From Phoronis australis (Eukaryota; Animalia; Phoronida), in NCBI GenBank assembly GCA_002633005.1, contig NMRA01000087.1, forward strand, positions 756,320 through 820,319: a DNA stretch of 64,000 nucleotides, read 5' to 3'. Positions 61,434 through 64,000 of this stretch are shown in pieces. Position 1 is the stretch's first letter; each line of letters opens with the position of its first letter. The position numbers were made by a program, and so were the translations under genes. The notes under the pieces were generated by a model. It searched no databases. It had not been told where the DNA came from and worked only from the letters and a program-made list of their open reading frames with translations.

Positions 61434-62099
61434 TCAAATTAAAGCCTTGGTGAGTTTTTTCTCTGTAGACTCCCTGAAATACTGAAACACCAGTTTGCTT
61501 GCATCTCTGCACACCAACAGAGATGCCTGAAATTGTTCGTTTGTATAAAGCCCCCTAGTAGAGACTGACAACACATGGTGATTGACACTATCAAACACAA
61601 ATGTAAACGAAGCCAATGCTTGCTCTTCTTGCTTCTTAGTTGGGTCAACAACGATTGAACCATCAGAGTTTATAACGCTGCACACGCCAGCTGCCAAGTA
61701 CTTCATGGAAACTGCAGAGTCTAATAATGCCAAACACATTGCGTTTGCACAACAGGCCATGAAAGATCCGCCATCGTGAACTTCTTGCAATGTAACAGAG
61801 ATCAAAGACCGTGGGTGCAGAGTAGACATCACAACTGTCTCACAAATGTTTCTAAGAATCCTTTCGCACAGTCTATCAGCACAAGATGACCGTCCAGATT
61901 TCCTCTTGAAAAAAACCTCGACCGTCGCCTTTTCTACATACTCCTTGGAAAGGCGGACTTCACTTGGCCCATAAACAGAAGCAAGAGCACTTGTATCACC
62001 CTGGTTAAAGTTTGACGAACCATCTGATTTTGACAGGAGTCCAAGTTCAGATTTCATACATCTCAGAGCAGCTTCTTCCTTCACACTAGCTTGCTCCAT
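61434..62099 (-). CDS. EXOSC5: Exosome complex component RRP46 (RNase PH-like), 221 aa, intronless CDS
   Basis: Rrp46 motifs LLSKSDGSS..QGDT..LASVYGP.EV, ATVEV, LHPRS.I.V.LQ, NA.CLALLD, VDPT..QE, FTFVFDS. ATG at 62099; a splice acceptor (CTTTTCTTGTTTGCAG|TAACGATG) 5 nt upstream implies a 5' UTR intron. Confidence 0.93.
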   Translation of the reverse strand: MEQASVKEEAALRCMKSELGLLSKSDGSSNFNQGDTSALASVYGPSEVRLSKEYVEKATVEVFFKRKSGRSSCADRLCERILRNICETVVMSTLHPRSLISVTLQEVHDGGSFMACCANAMCLALLDSAVSMKYLAAGVCSVINSDGSIVVDPTKKQEEQALASFTFVFDSVNHHVLSVSTRGLYTNEQFQASLLVCRDASKLVFQYFRESTEKKLTKALI

Positions 62100-62574
62100 C
62101 GTTACTGCAAACAAGAAAAGTCACTTCAGAGCTAAAAAACACTTAATTCCAATACAGTTATCAATATAACAGCACAAGATTTGAACTTGGAATACATTAT
62201 TGGCGGGACAAATTATGTTCAAGTATACGTTCAAATTTGACTTTTGGTCCCGAAAATACCGTCTACCTAACATACATAAACCCAATATAAGTTACACTCC
62301 AGAGGCACATGATCTGAAGTGAAAACTTTTGGTCTTCACCTGCTGAAAAAATCAAAGTCACGTTGTTATGAGTACCTTTTGAGCATAAAGGAACCCCTTA
62401 GCCTAAGTGCTTTTAATTCCTCCCAACTCGAACAAATACTCCCGTTATTATGCTTGTTCTTCGAACAGTCCTTCGTTCACTGAGTTCTCAAAATTGGAAA
62501 CTGGGCACTTTTAAAATTGCGCGGCAGGTGGTATGACGTCATATCTCCTGAGTTAATTATTGGGCAGGGCAGAG

Positions 62575-62792
62575 TATTAGCCAGGGTTTTGCCCGTTAGA
62601 CATTGGCACCCCCGAACTACCAAATAGAATCTGAAAGAGTTTGAGGGGGCCCATGGTCCCCCTTGCCCCCCCCCTAAATCCGCCACTGCTATTAGTCAGG
62701 ATTTTGCCCAACAGACATTCGCAACCCCGAAATATCGAATGGAATATTATTGGGGGGAGGGGGGCATGCCCCCTCTCCTTAAATCCACCACG
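62575..62792. repeat. Tandem pair of diverged MITE-like units of about 105-115 nt
   Basis: TATTAG(C/T)CAGG.TTTTGCCC...AGACATT.GCA.CCCCGAA...TAAATCC(G/A)CCAC appears at 62575-62688 and again at 62690-62792. Confidence 0.65.
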
Positions 62793-63309
62793 ACGGTCTA
62801 GGCCGGAGGTTCATTTCCTTGTTTTGTAGCCACAAACTCTATAACAGTATTATACATACTATATTTATGTTGTATATGTATATATACAACCTTTGTTCAT
62901 GAAGTTTTCACTTATCAAAACGAAGAAGCACATGTACCGGATGTGGTTAACGCGAACCGAATTTTAATTTTTACCATGAACTCAAGTGTAAAAAAGTTAT
63001 CATATGTCACCTATTTAATAAAAACAAAAACAAAAATGAGATTTTTTAAAGGAATTACATCCGTTATGATTATCAATTATATATGTATATCAAAACTTTC
63101 GTTGGGTGTTCGAAACATATTACATATAAAATGCGCGAAAAAAATGAAACACCTAAACGTCGTCAATTCACACACTGATAAGAGAAAGTAAAGTATAAGG
63201 CGACAAGTTTTTCCCTTTAAAAATTTAAATTTTAAGTTTCATTAACAATTTCAACTTAATTAGTAATTGTTCGTTCATGTTCATTGAACAACAGATGTAG
63301 TAATATTTT

Positions 63310-63444
63310 CAAAAAGACGTCATCAGTCCTACTTTTTTCTCACACGCTGTCGCCATTTTCTTCGAAGAAAATTTCATTGTGTGTTGACAGCGGTTTTAAC
63401 TTTTAAGTTTCTCTTCAAAAAGCTCATCGTCAGTTACATCCACA
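63310..63444. promoter_or_regulatory. Putative (possibly bidirectional) promoter between EXOSC5 and the DDX5-like gene
   Basis: CRE-like GACGTCA (63316-63322) and YY1-like CGCCATTTT (63351-63359) between divergently oriented genes. Confidence 0.5.
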
Positions 63445-63497
63445 ATGTCTTACAGAGACAGATCTTTTGATTCTTATGGCCGTTCAGAACGTAAGGG
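63445..63497 (+). CDS. First coding exon of a probable DDX5/DDX17 (p68/p72)-like DEAD-box helicase (3' partial)
   Basis: ACAATG context; MSYRDRSFDSYGRSERKG|GTAAGT with a phase-2 intron inside a Gly codon, similar in composition and phase to DDX5 exon 1 as recalled (MSGYSSDRDRGRDRG). Only 18 codons, so another RS/RG-rich RNA-binding protein is possible. Confidence 0.45.
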
Positions 63498-64000
63498 GTA
63501 AGTATAGTTGGTAAGATTTTTAATCGCCAACCCAGGGCAGAGGAAGAGATGGTGTCAGTAAGTGCGCTTTTGACTTGATACTTGATGAGTCATTCTCGCT
63601 CAGTGTCGACGAATGAAATTGTATATCAAAAGCATCAAACTTCCCCATCTAACTACACATAAAATTCCATGTTATTACTTTAGCCTACTAGTGGCCACAG
63701 TTGGTAATTATTTGGTCTAACGAGTGACGCCAGTGTCGACAATCGAGATGATCTATCATTAGGGTGAGCAAACCCAAATACAAATTTCATCAGAAACACT
63801 TGAAAAGAGTGTTAAATGATAGCTTTAGACATGCCGTTTATAAAACTTTTTGAATTTTTCAAATCGGTTCGGTGGTTCTCGAGTTATTTGAATTTTAGAG
63901 CCTCAAAAATGGCCTTTTTTTCAGCAAACGGCACCCAGAAATTTCAGGCCACAGAAAATGGCAAGTTTAGACAACTATATTTGGGAATCCATAGCTCACA

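Noticed and set aside
62100-62114. TTG start for EXOSC5 given by the ORF track (MFAVT extension)
   Set aside because: It overlaps the polypyrimidine tract and acceptor; the ATG at 62099 is the plausible start.
58-63191. Remaining 60-130-aa ORFs in introns, UTRs and intergenic DNA
   Set aside because: Most have non-ATG starts, no recognisable motifs and no consistent splice context; they are expected by chance or overlap repeats.

Overview
AT-rich animal genomic DNA with GT-AG introns, most likely an invertebrate bilaterian; the species cannot be told from the sequence. Five genes can be assembled by hand from splice sites and reading phase: (1) the last four coding exons of a CENP-E-like coiled-coil protein ending in a CaaX box (CTTQ); (2) a five-exon histone H2A.Z (128 aa); (3) a complete TET dioxygenase (10 coding exons, about 2362 aa) with an atypical CXXC finger, a 27-nt microexon, two polyQ tracts and an internally repeated insert of about 890 aa; (4) EXOSC5/Rrp46 on the minus strand with an intronless CDS; (5) the first exon of a probable DDX5/DDX17-like helicase, head-to-head with EXOSC5. 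Non-coding DNA holds a decayed L1/Tx1-type LINE, several MITE families (5-bp and TAA target-site duplications), a tRNA-derived SINE, minisatellites, a foldback and a probable false tandem duplication at an assembly join. The best leads are the CENPE-H2A.Z-TET linkage, which recalls human 4q23-24; signals that one TET locus might give CXXC-only (IDAX-like) and CXXC-less (TET2-like) isoforms; loss of the base-reading His-Gln pair in the CXXC finger; and a MITE inserted exactly at the CENP-E stop codon. Homologue comparisons are from memory, no searches were run, and the isoform and regulatory ideas are hypotheses.
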